A stretch of DNA of 64,000 nt, taken from positions 248,001 to 312,000 of the forward strand of contig JAWMAR010000361.1 of the NCBI GenBank assembly GCA_036785375.1, in the 5' to 3' direction. The stretch's first letter is position 1. Each line of letters begins with the position of its first letter. Source of the stretch: Leucoraja ocellata. Lineage: Eukaryota. Shown in pieces: positions 12,640-25,365 of this stretch. The notes under the pieces are model-generated. The model saw only the letters and a program-made list of their open reading frames with translations. It was not told the DNA's origin and did not search any database. A program made the position numbers and the translations under genes.

Positions 12640-13199
12640 CTGCATGGAATTATAAAACAATGTTAGGCGTTCAGTTCACAGTATAAATCCTATAAAGTCA
12701 TTCCACATTTTACATAGGGGATTAAAAGATCAATTTTCAAATTATATCGGTAAAATGAACCTGATATTATGCAGAATAATAGGACTATGGAGAAACATCA
12801 CAGAAGGTTTATTAAAATTAAGCCCTTTTCTGGGAAATCTACTGATTTCTAATTTGAAAACCAAGAATCATCATTTTGCTTTTACACTTTCCAACAGTAG
12901 ATGACCATTATACAAAGGAAAATAATGCAACACCCACATTTCCTTCCCCACTAAATCCACCACGATTTAGGATTTCTAAGTAGATCAATAGAGTGTCTGG
13001 TGGGTTATGATGGTACTAAACATTATTTTCAATGCCACTTCTCAATAAGGTATGAAATTGCAAAATTCCTCTAAAGAATGATGAACTATCTCAAGACTAA
13101 ATTTGAAACTAAAACTACACAGAAACAAAGCTAAAACTAGTTTTAGTAACTCCAGACTGATGACATTTTGGCCACGGTGCTGCATAGATTCCCAACTAC

Positions 13200-13598
13200 C
13201 TAGATTGTTTTCTCTGGAGCATCAGAGGCAGAGTTTAAAAAACAATGAGAGGCATTGACAGGGTAGACTGTCAGAATATTTTTCCCAAGGTCGAAACAAC
13301 AAATACTAGAGGGCATAGGTTTAAGGTGTGGGAGAAGAGGGAATAGTTTAATGGAGTAATGAGGAGCAATGTTCTTTCCCCCATTGGTAGGTGTCTGGAA
13401 TGCACTGCCAGGAGTGGTGGTGGAAGCACATATGATAGTGGCAATGAAGGGGCTTTAAGATAAGGCACATGAATATGCAGAGAATATAAAGATATGGATC
13501 ATGTGCAGGCAGAGGGTTTAGTTTAATTTTGCATCGTATTGAGCACAGACATTGTGTGCTGAAGAGCTTGTTCCTGTTCTGTACTGTTCTATGTTCTA
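13200..13598 (+). mobile_element. CR1/HER1-like LINE 3' portion
   Basis: ttttctctggagcatcagagg...actagagggcataggtttaagg...gttcctgttctgtactgttctatgttcta. Confidence 0.75.
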
Positions 13599-13899
13599 AC
13601 AGGTTTTCAGAAAATAAATAAATGTCAGTTCATAATTGTATTTTGTAGTTTGAATAGTTTCACTGAATCACTACTATACAAATGTCCATGACACAGTGAA
13701 ATTGAGCACAGTTGAGTTTCTAAATTAAAATGAACTCTTGAATAAAAACTGAATTTGAGTATGGCTACAGCTGGTTTTATATTATAAGAGCCACCTATGG
13801 CTGTAGCATCTGACGAACAACTCCATGCAAAAAAAAATTATCATTGCAAATGTAAAGTTGCTCAAATTTGTTATGATTAGTCTGCTGAATAATTTATGC

Positions 13900-14522
13900 C
13901 AGTTATGCAGGCAAGGGACAGGGCAAGCGGGGCGAGTGCAGTCTGAGTGAAATTCACATGGTGCAAAGCCAATGTGATACAGACACACACCGCGATGAAC
14001 AGGAAGGTTGGCGCTGTAATTAAGATCTGAAAGTACAGAGTACGGGAAGGGTCACGTCAGTCCCCTAAAAGAGAGGGGGGGGGGGGGGGGGGGAGAAGGA
14101 GTTGAGACAACTTTTAGAAGCATGAGATACACAGCTGTGAAGCTCGGCGGACATTATCCTTGATTCTGAAAACTATTGCTTACGTTTTTTTCCCCCCAAA
14201 TGAGCCAATGAAATTCACCGGTCAACAACGGCTACAACCTACAAGAACGTACGACAACCTTCGACCTCCTGGCAACCCACTACCATTGCACGTAGAGCAT
14301 GAAAATTCTCACTACTCTCCATGGCGGCTTCATTCTACTTGCCGCTAATTTTTCAACATGTTTAAAAATTTGTGATGACCATAATGAGGCGGCGACTAGT
14401 TCCCATAATGCGGGAACTCCTCACGACCATGAACGCGACTCCCCGGCAACCACCCGCAAACGTGTGGTGACCGCATAGTCTTCTGCAGTTGTCTAAAAAG
14501 TCGCCTAAGTGGGACAGGCCCA
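13900..14522 (+). mobile_element. PIF/Harbinger-type non-autonomous element, right part
   Basis: Ends TCGCCTAAGTGGGACAGGCCCA followed by TTA. Interior is colinear with 20245-20690. Confidence 0.8.
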
Positions 14523-17294
14523 TTAGGCTGTCTTCAGTAATTTACATTCGATAAAATTCAGTGTGGATATTTTGCCACTGTTTACTTTGATGAGCATAAG
14601 AAATCTACCAAAGACAATTTCTTAAATATCACAACCAGACAAAATTGGAAGAAATCTGCTTTACAAACTGAAACCATTTACTGTTTGGCTTTGGGTGTAT
14701 TTAATTTTCACAATCCTTTCACGATCTTTGTGTCAGATCAGTGGGATTTCCAGGGTGCACAGCATACTAGCAGTACTGTAAAGGTTTTAATGGAACCTGA
14801 AGCTTAGGCTAACCCAATTGGATATTTGATAATTTCATATTGTGTTATATTTTATTGCTCTTAATGTATAGTTGAAATGAAGTGTGATGTTCATTAGTTA
14901 AACCACTTGTATACTGATCCCATGTGTATATACAAATTGGTTCCAGTTAGAGTATTTTCTGAATGAAAGTTTTTTGGGAGGATTCAAACGTCTATTCCTT
15001 GCAAGGATAAACATATCACATCCAGACTTGCGCACTATTTGAAGGACACATGGACATACATACAGTTTGTCCAAATGGTGCTTGAAACAGCTGGTTTATT
15101 ACTTCAAAGTCTAAATGTTAGAGAGAATTTCCCTCACAAGAAAGGCACACAATTGACAGCTGATCTAGTACAATGGCATAAAACAGACTTAAGAGCTGCT
15201 ATACTGTGTATTTTTTTGTAACTGACCCAGAACATTGGACACTTGCTGATTGGGTTGCAGCTATTTGACTAACGCCAGGTGCAAATCTATAGAACACTTG
15301 TTTTAGCTCATGGTGCAAGGCACACATCCAGCTTTCTTTGCCCTGTTATGTTTATGCAGGACAGCTAATGAATCAAAGTAGTTTTGTTGTACATTGTTTT
15401 GGATACAGCTAGAACAGAATTTTGTTTATTTCAAGTCTCATTCTATGACAAGAACTTTGAAGGTAACTTTCTAAATGTATAATTCTTCACATTAGTATAA
15501 GCAGCAGTTGTTTCTTTTTCCAGAATCTCAATGTATTTTAGACTAGTTCTGAGTTTTCACTTCCACAAATAACCAGATGTTGGCTGAGGCTGAAGGTGAC
15601 GAAGAAAATCATCTCAATAAGGAAGGAAATGAGAACGAAAACTTAACAGGGCACTTGAAAACCGATGTTCCTTTGACATAACACGACCTAAAAAATAAAC
15701 GTTGGCCAATTAGATCCAGCAGGAAACCCTTCAGTAATTTCAGTACGAACAAGATTTTTAAGCATACTGCAAATGCCACAACGGTTAAAGTACTGGATTG
15801 ATAACCCAGAATCTTGGGGAAACAATGAGTGTACCCAAACATCAGTGATAGGATGAGAATTTTGTATACTGACGAATTGTAATGTTTATGTTGGCCTAAA
15901 ATAGGACACCTTGATAGTGTCCTCTGTGATGTTCAAAGGAAAGACTCTGAACTCTAGAAGTTGATGGAGAACAATATAGTCTACATAGTATAGTTCCTTT
16001 TGGATATCATTCAAATGTATTGACACAAATAAATGCAGAAATGCAGAGGAAGGTCATCTTGAAATTATAATCTTTACATGGAAATAAGTGTAATTATGAG
16101 ATAATATTATTGAAGAAACTCACAATTCTGCTCACATGTTGCATTATTTCATGTCAATCTGCCAATATATTTAATGCCAATGAACTCTGGTTGAATTTTT
16201 AACCACAGTTCTTCTCCTCTGTTCAAATAGGAAGATATGAAACATTTAAAGAAAAGCACTTTGGTAAAAAAAAACATACTAGCATTTGATGAAGAGGGCT
16301 ACCATTAGATAACTAAGTCTGTTTCCTGAAGAACAAATTGAATTATCTGTACAAAATAATGCAAACTTAAAACAATTTTACTTCCAAAGATGTCGGAAAA
16401 ACGTAACAGCAAAATTGAATTCACAAAATTTGACAGTTCCCAAAACCATCTAGGTGTTTTTGATAAACATTATTGTGAACAGGTCGACAATGAGGTTTAG
16501 TACATGAACAGGTGCTTTGGGAGAGGGAAATTCTAGACACTGAGTGCGTGGTAGGAAGAATGACAACTTAAGTCGACATCGGCCACTTATCAACATCTAT
16601 AAGCGGTGACATGAAATGGGACCATGCAAGTTTTGTACTGTCCTCCTAATCTTCTAATCATCAGCTGCTTCTTCCCTAATGATAGTCAGCAGCAGTACAA
16701 TATTAATACTGCTCTGGCAGCCAGTTGTCTGCCTGTACCCTCTGCTGCTGATAAGAACTCAGTATGAAAAGTTGATTTTGCTCATTCAATACGAGGACCG
16801 ACCAGGAATTATGGCAAACATGTAGTTCAGATAAGATAAAACAAACATTCTCATGAAAAGATCAAAGAATCAACTGAAAATGGTCACATTAAACGATAAA
16901 CCAGAAAGTTGCATAAACTGGATCGATTCAGACTTGCAAAACACCTTTGGCCACATTTACAGTATATATTGAAAGTACTACCTGAATGAAAGCTGTCTGT
17001 GGCACCCATACACATACAAAAAGCAATAAAACTTTGTCACCCGCATCTGTTGCTTGGCAAATAAATGATAATTTTACAACAGTGTTTGCTTGCAATTACC
17101 CTTCCATCAAAGTGTTTACTTTAAAACGCACATCCAGACTTGTAAAATGATCCAAACATCCTTTTAATACATTGCAGGAAAGCTACAAGCTTGGCTAAGC
17201 AGGTTGGAAATATTAATATCAGAGATGCAGTTAAAGATAGAGGCACACTTAAAATACAAATCACCCCCACATCCCCACCCCCCCCCCCCCTCTC

Positions 17295-17510
17295 TTTTCC
17301 ATCTATCACTTTCCTGGTTTTGACGTTGTTCTGCTCCCGCCTCCCTCTCTGCTTTCGCTCATCCCACCCCCATACTACAATCACTTTAAAAAGAGTCCCG
17401 ACCCAAAACATTTGCCTATCCATGTCTTGCAGATGCTGCCTGACCCGCTGGGTTACTCCAGCACTTTGTGTCATTTTTCGTAAACTAGCATTTGCAGTCC
17501 CTTGCGTCTA
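17295..17510 (+). mobile_element. Decayed PLE 3' UTR and terminal repeat
   Basis: Pyrimidine tract, then aaaagagtcccgacccaaaacatttgcctatccatg...gatgctgcctgacccgctgggttactccagcac. Confidence 0.7.
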
Positions 17511-17864
17511 AAGGGATAATTGTTTAAGTACATTTCCACTTAGTCTGACGTAAAAAGTGTGCTGGACTTCAATTCACATCAAAAATTATTAATAGTTTGA
17601 ACAGGAAAGCCAAGCGTTCAATGTTAATTTTGTATTTTCCTACGTATTTTGCTCTTTTAAAAAGCTACAGACATTTGTTGTTCACTCTGTAAATATCATA
17701 ACTGACGTATGCTGTCACAAAGTCTGGCATATGTAACTATTCCAGAAATTCTGGATTTCCAATGCTAATATCTAATATTTTAGACCTAAGTGGCAGGACT
17801 CCTTTGAGTCGAAGATTTTGTAGTTTTGGCCAATATGGAGACATTTGGTCTATCGGGAGGACAA

Positions 17865-18217
17865 GTCTCACCCCTGGTCACTTCCTCGTCTCCTTTCTCC
17901 CATGAGGCGTAGAAGTGTGAAGACGCACACCTCCAGATGTAGGGACAGTTTCTTCCAAGCTGTCCCGAAGCTTCCAGGAAGCTGAACCATTCTATCAACA
18001 ATGAAAGAGCAGTCCTGAGCTACTATCTACCTCATTGAAGACCCTCAGACTATCTTCAATCGGACTTTACTTTGCACTAAATGTTATTCCCATCATCATG
18101 TATTTGTACACCCTGGATAGCTCGATTGCAATCATGTATTGTCTTTCCGCTGTTTGCTGGGGAGCAAGCAACAAAAGCTTTTCACTGTACCCCAGTTCAC
18201 ATGACAATAAACTAAAC
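17865..18217 (+). mobile_element. Rex1/Babar-like LINE 3' end
   Basis: Decayed SHPGH...VKTHTSR.RDSFF peptide; 3' UTR ends ttttcactgtacc...catgacaataaactaaac. Confidence 0.65.
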
Positions 18218-20094
18218 AAAATGTGGGTATCAAATCCATGCTGACGCTTCAGATCAGCGTTCTACTGTTGGAAATGCTGACAATGTATTTTTGAAGAGAG
18301 GGCTATTTACCCTCTCAAGTGGATGGATAATTGGCAAGAATTGGTCATCAGCAGAAAGGTGCCATTTAATGTTGTGAAGTTGGGAAAGATTCTGCATAAA
18401 AATTTCCTGCCCTTAGCTGGAGAGAAAGAGTTTTGTTTTGGGGGGACGGTGGAGGGGGAGGGAGGGTAGTAAAAGTATCACCTTGATTGTACAAAAACTA
18501 GACTAAGCACTGAACAAGGATCCTTGTCAAATAGACAAAATATTGCAAGTTGATGGACAATGCATACTGTGTCAAGGACTAGTACAAATAAATCTGCCAC
18601 TGCAACTGCCGTCTAAAACCTCATGGTTAGATCATCAGCTGAAATATGAGCATGTTAGACTCTAAAGACTCCCTATGACTTTGTACCTGTGAGGTACGAC
18701 TGCATGCACGTTTCACTGAATGATATCATGCACAGAAAATAATGTTTTGGTTGAGTCGTGCATTACCGTGCCACTATAAACTTTATAACGCATTAGTAAA
18801 TAATTAATCAAATTAATGATCAGATCGCTGGGGACAGTGGGTATTAATCCATTCTAAAACCTGGCTTTCACATCAGAAACTCTTTGTGATGTAATCTATC
18901 TTAGAGACAACTTGGTGCCATTAACAGTAAATGTACAGCACTTAAGGCTGCATTATGTGGGCAGCGGAAGAGGAATAAGATGTTTGTAAGTAATATATTT
19001 TAATATGTTTCAAACCTCGGATAAACCCTTCATTACCTCTGCAATCAAATCTACAGTCTAATCCCTTATTTTGGTTGATAAATGGAGCCCTGTGCATTTT
19101 CTGCATTATTTGGTTTGATTGCTTCAAACAGTAAGAACACTCACCGTGAACTTTCTCAAGATTAGACAGTCTAAACCAAAAGGAAATAGATAAAAGCTTA
19201 TGATGCATTAATCTCTAACTACCATTGCAGTGGAATGCATGCTGGAAAACTCACAGATAATAATTCATTATATTCATTGAAATAAATAAGGTAATATATT
19301 GTGTCTACTTCTGACCATTTGATAAATTAAATGTAATGACCATTTTAAAATATCACGTCGAAAATAAAATGTATTTAGAGGTTCTTCTGGCCAGTTCAAA
19401 GTTTTTGTAACGTAAGGAAATTACTTTGTCCCTTTGCTGCATATCTTTCCCTCTATCGAACTTTGTTAATTGTTCCCCCAAATCAGAATATCTAGAAGTA
19501 AAAATTCAATTCAGCTGCTCACCATGATAGACTTTTGGACTTGTCTAAAATTTGTCAAACTATTTCAATCTCAATTTATCAATTTTCTTGTAAACCCAGG
19601 CCTTCTAAATTCCCTTGGTCCCAAGAGAAAACATTGCCATTTTCCTCAAATATCTCCTGATGGATTTGGGATTGAATCCTGGTTTTCCACTGAACTGTGC
19701 TCATTTTCACTACTTCGAAATCTTGCCATCTGCACAGTTCCAAGGGGACATGAATAATGCATAGAAGCACCTTGGGTGACGCTAATACTCAGACTTTAAT
19801 TGATCAGCACAAAGCATAGCTAGGCTGTGAACGACCCCTTTAGAAAACAGTGCTATTTTATTCTTTTATCCCAGGTCAACTGAGAGTACTTGATGAAATA
19901 CCAAGTGCACTCTATGACACTCATGTACTGCAGTCTATCCATTACCCATTTATTTGTCATTTCTAATATTCAATTTCCTTGTCCCTTCCTGGCAATCCCA
20001 CTTCCATTTTGGGAAGCTAGCCTAAGTTTTCTTCTGTGGCACAAAATATTTTTTTAGGCATTGCCCCTCACTTGGTTACTTGCCATCAGATTGA

Positions 20095-20695
20095 TGGGCC
20101 TGTCCACTTCGGCGATTTTTCAGCGGACTGCCGGTGACTGTCAAGTTGCCGGTAGTCGCCTGAAAAACCGGCAACTGGAACGGCGACTGTCAGAGTGGAA
20201 CACACACACACACACGTAAACACATCACTTCCTTCACCAGCCCGTTATGCAAGCAGGGGGAGCGCTGTCTAAAAAATTCACACGGTGCAAAGCCAAGATG
20301 ATACAGACACACAGCGCAATGAACAGGAAGGTTGGCACTGGAAAAAGATGGCTAAGGCACAGTGTAAAGTAAGACCTTTAAAAGAGGGGGGAGGGGGGGG
20401 AGGAGAAGGAGTGGAGACAACTTTTAAGAAGCCAGAGATACACGGCTGTGAAGCTCGGTGGACATTTAACATTACCGGTCGGTTATCCTTGGTTCTGAAA
20501 ACTACTGCTTACCTTTTTTCCCCCCAATGAGCAAATGAAAGTCAGTACCGGCTACAACCTACGCGAACCTCCAAGAACCTTCTGCCTCCCGGTGACCCAC
20601 CTACGGCGCGAGACTTCTCGCTACTCTCCATGGCGTCTTCATTCTGGTCGTTACTAATTTTTCAACATGTTGAAAAATTCACGGCTACCGTAATG
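20095..20695 (+). mobile_element. PIF/Harbinger-type non-autonomous element, left part
   Basis: TGA|TGGGCCTGTCCACTTCGGCGA left terminus; homologous to 13900-14400; ends at an adjacent SINE. Confidence 0.8.
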
Positions 20696-20697
20696 TC

Positions 20698-20954
20698 TGC
20701 CAAGTCTGCGCTGACCAGTAATCTCCTCACACTTACACTATCCTACACACTAGGGACAATTTACAATTATACCAAGCCAATTAACCTACAAACCTGTATG
20801 TCTTTGGAGTGTGGGTATAAACTGGAGCTCCTGGAGAAAACCCACGTGGTCACGGAGATAACGTACAAATTCTGTACCGACAGCATATGTTGTCAGGTTC
20901 AAACCCGGGTCTCTGGCGCTGTAGGGCAACTCTACCACTGCGCCACCGTGCCGC
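20698..20954 (-). mobile_element. HE1-like V-SINE
   Basis: cctacacactagggacaatttac...aaacccgggtctctggcgctgtagggcaactctaccactgcgccaccgtgccgc. Confidence 0.85.
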
Positions 20955-22079
20955 TCATTATGTGCCACATCTATCTATGCTTTGTACAGAATCTTACTAA
21001 ATTCTTATACTAAAATGTTTAAGAATTATTTATGATGTTAAGAATGATCATTAATAAAAGACTATCAGTTATCAAGTTGCATGGTTGACATTTTGTTTTG
21101 ATTGGGTTTCACAAATCCATTAATGAAACCATTAATCTCTTGCACCTTGATTCTGCCGTCTCTCCAGCTTCTGAACTGAACATAGCATCAATGACGTACA
21201 GGGAAATAATGTTCTAATCTGTCCTGCCTCTACCACAGATCTGTAATACGTTGCATACCTTGCTATATACATTCCTCACCGCACACTTGACCTCTGGGAG
21301 AAAAGACCAATTAGACTAAAACAACCCAGGTCACTTTGTGGGAACAGAGGGGGGGAATCTGGGAACTTCCACAGCTCAATTATTCTCTGCATTTTTTCTC
21401 ACATTCCAATCAACTAAGTGTATTTAGGCATTTCCCAATCTTGCAGGAATATCCCTCACACACCAGCTCGTGGTTTAGTCTTACTCCCAAGTTTGACCTG
21501 AAAGCACCACTCAACTGGCCAATTTCTTCAGTATAATAATTATCTTCCTAATTATTAGCCAAATGGATGTATGAGTTAGCTACCAGCCAATCTCCATTCT
21601 CTGGGCAATCTAAATTCCTTATCACATGTGTAGTCCCACATATCTTAAAGTAGGCAGTATAACCATTCGGCAATGAATCAAATTACAACAAAGCACGCTT
21701 TATTACAATAATTCTTTTGTTTTAGTTTTACGTAGTCTCTCAGAATACTTCAACATCCTTTGCCAAAATCATAAATTAAATCTTTGATGAATGCCTCAAC
21801 AGTTTATCAAAGCTTTAAGCAAGGTCTGGCCTCTTTAGGGCCTCCACTGAGTTGTTTAGTTAATGGGACTGTTCTTGCTAGGGTATACTTTCACCAAACA
21901 TACAATATTTGACGAGGGGTCATTATGTGTGCCAGCACAGTCTTTGGCTGCTTAAGGAAGATGTTTGAAGATCAAGGTCTTAAACCTGGCACTTGCAATC
22001 TCTTGTCATGAATGAGTTCAGAGTAGTATCAGTTTTGAGCAAATGAACAGCATGGCCTGAGCATAATAAAAATCCTCTG

Positions 22080-22368
22080 TGACAGGAAGCGAGGTCCTAA
22101 ATTTCCAAGTTGATAGCTCACTGAGCCTAGCTGCACGATAGATCGAGGGTAAAAAAGACGTATGGTATGCTTGTCTTCATTGCTAGGGGCATTGAATACA
22201 AGAGTCAGGAAGTCAGTCAGAACCTTCCTTCCCCCCCCCCCCCCCCCCGCAACACAGGAAATAAATATGGATCACGTACAGGCAGATAAGTTTAACTTGG
22301 CATCATGTTCAGCACAAACATTGTGGGCCAAAGGGCCATTCCTGTGTCGCACTGTTCCATGTTCTATA
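22080..22368 (+). mobile_element. Internally deleted CR1-like LINE remnant
   Basis: tatggtatgcttgtcttcattgctaggggcattgaatacaagagt joined to a tail homologous to 13490-13598. Confidence 0.6.
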
Positions 22369-23469
22369 TAGAAACACTCATTCAGCTCTGGTGATATATT
22401 GACTTGTAATTTGAATTCAAAATTACTTTCAAAATATCTAAATAATAAATGGTCCACAATTATTCAAAGAGAAGGAAGTATTGACTCAAATCAGGAATTG
22501 AAAAGGATTGGAAAAGAACATACAGAACAAATAAAAAGGAATGGAAAATCAACAGGCAGGAAGAAAATGAATTCCATGAAAAGATACCCATTTTTTTGGC
22601 ATAGATTAAAACCCATAGAAGAATGATGCATATACCTGTGCTACCTTTTCACATGAGGCCCGAAGGGTTTTACAAGTGGAGACCTTGCAAAAACGGGCCA
22701 AGCCGTCACAAGTTAGAGCAAGTTTAGGCAGCTTCATATTTGGCTTGTAGCCATTTAGGCAAAGCACCAAACAAATCTTCATATCATGCATGCTTTTTCA
22801 CTGGTTTATGATGGGAAACAAGCCAAGGAACATGCGTTACATAAAGGATTTGTTTTCGCAATCAGCAGCAAATGAATAGTGCTCACCATTCATACTGCTT
22901 ACAATTGTCCAGCATTACTAAGGGCCTTTGCCCTATCATTTGCAGTAATTAGAAAGTTGAAGCAGAGTACACATCCACTGTGCATGTGGGCCATATGAAC
23001 AGGGTAACTGACTGTATAATGCCTTAGCTACCGGTAATCAGAATGAGGACCAAGTGAGCAGATTCTAGGACAGGCAATATAAGCTTGAATATTTAACACA
23101 ATGAAACATTCTGCATACAAAACAAACTTTTAAGAGCTAAGGAAAACTTATTAACAGAAACAAGAGTAACAGGAAAATATATACCAATAATAATCTACCA
23201 AAATTAAAATCTCAATATTTAAAATTCTGGACTTAATTTTTCAATCCAGAAACATTATTTGTCAATGATTTAAGATTCCATGCGATCCGAATGTGAGTTT
23301 GAAGATTTTATGACCATTTAACAGATATTCAATGTGCTACTATCCTTCATAATAAAATTCACAACATTAGTACAGAGGAGCAGGAATACTCAGGCAAGAT
23401 ATCAAATCTGTGTTTAACTGTTCAAATGTTGAAAGTCACTGATATATTTATTCCTTAATAAGGTCAGAG

Positions 23470-23792
23470 AGTTGTACAGCACGGAACGGCCCCCTTGGCT
23501 CAACCCGTCCATACCAGCCAAGATGCCCCATCTAAACGAGTCCCATTTGGCCTACACTTGGCCCACACGCACTCTCAACCGTTTCTATTCATGTACCTGT
23601 GTAAATATTGTTGTAGTACTTGCCTCAACTACCATCTCTGGCAGCTCATTCCGTTTACCCTCCACCCCCTGAGTGAAAACATTGCCTCCCAGGTAACTAT
23701 TACATGCTTACCCTCTTACCTTAAACTTATGCTCTCTGGTTCTTGATTCCCCTACACTGGGTAAAAGATTCTGTGCATTCACCCTGTCTATC
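23470..23792 (-). mobile_element. CR1/HER1-like LINE 3' portion
   Basis: tacagcacggaacggcccc...ccttaaacttatgctctctggttcttgattcccctac...ttcaccctgtctat. Confidence 0.7.
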
Positions 23793-24276
23793 AATAAAGT
23801 TAAGTGCCAACTCAATTCAAAGCAGATACTCACTCTTTTTTGTCATTGAGGAACGTGAATTGATGCAGTCTGTTTGTTAAAGCAATAATTAAAATGTAGC
23901 AAATAATAGAAACTTTTCAGATTCAATTAATTTACTTTAAAATATAAAGAATGATAGAGTATTTACTGGTCTGAGGTGTTCACAAATTTGGTGAAGCATT
24001 CGGGATACTATTTGGGGTAATAACATGTTGATCTTACATACATTACAATAGTAATTGTGTTTATTGTTAATTGAAGACTAACAAACTACAGTTCTATGTT
24101 GAAATAAATGTCAGTACACAAGTAAATTAGTGTGTGTTTGCTGTAATCAGAAACCAACCCTTCCAAACACATTAGCCTAATGACGTATTTTCTGTTCCAC
24201 TGCGCCCAGCAAACATCATTTACTCTCAATGCACCTAGAATGCGTTTTTTGAGCAGGAATCTTTCATACAACTCAT

Positions 24277-24413
24277 GTTTGTAGGTTAATTGGCTTGGTA
24301 TAAATGTAAATTGTCCCTAGTGTGTAGGATATTGTTGTGTGGGGATCACTGGTCGGTGTGGACTCAGTGGGCCTGTTTCCACGCTGTATCTCTAAACTGA
24401 ACTTAACTAAACT
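24277..24413 (+). mobile_element. HE1-like SINE 3' half
   Basis: gtttgtaggttaattggcttgg...gcctgtttccacgctgtatctctaaactgaacttaactaaact. Confidence 0.8.
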
Positions 24414-25199
24414 CGCTTTTATCAGCCTATAATTCCATTTTAAATGTTCATCTGAAGTAGCATTTTTTAAATATAAATATACAAAGTCAAATCGATGCAT
24501 GTACGACAGCCATTATAATTGAATTGAATTGAATTTCCTTTATTGTCATTCAGACCTTACGGTCTGAACGAAATTATAACCCCCTTATGATTGCGTGATA
24601 TTTTGTCATGAACAAGAACTTGGTAATTTTATTCACTCATAGAGACTCAAATAATTTATTATCTATAGTCTGTGAGAATAATACCTAAACTTATCATTGG
24701 AAAATTCCCTTCAAAATTTACAAACAATTATATTTTTGTTGTCCATGATATTTTGAACTGGTTTGAAGTACAGGTACATCCAAAAAATTGAAGCAATTGC
24801 ACACTGCAATACAACATTACACTCTTAAAATGCAAGGAGGAACATAATTCTTCCAGTTGCTAAATTATAAACATTACCTTACGACAATTTTCTCCAATTG
24901 TCCTTTATCAGGCTTTAGTCAGCTTCAGTTTTAATCTAGGTGCTTGGTGTTTAAGGTTAAATACTGAGAATTGAAAGTGTTTTTTTCACTCATCTGAAGG
25001 TGTTAATAAAAGTGTATTTGTTTCCAATGAATGCAAGCATACAAAGATTATTAGCTGTTCAAATGGAAGCAATTTATAACTATCAACCAACTAACTTGGC
25101 TTTCTTGGGCTTTCTCAAGACTCAGCATCTAAAACAATTCTGCCAATGTTGGCCACAGTGCAGTCTGAAGTGTGTGAGCATGTGGCGCACTGCTGTGGT

Positions 25200-25365
25200 T
25201 TGAGTGTCCAGCTATAGTTTAGAACACAAGTATAGCACTAGAGAAAGTTAGACCATCAGGAGTATTGTCTTCCTGATCAGCTCGAGTAGGTGCCGAAGGC
25301 TGCAGGGGACTTTCTCCGAAGAAAAGCAGTGGAGTTATGCTTGGAGTACGACCAATATTTATTGC
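25200..25365 (+). mobile_element. Highly diverged Deu-domain SINE (SacSINE1/AmnSINE1-like) remnant
   Basis: cgaagaaaagcagtggagttatgcttggagtacgaccaatatttat resembles the recalled Deu-core segment gaagaagagcaggggagttctcc...ggccaatatttat. Confidence 0.4.
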
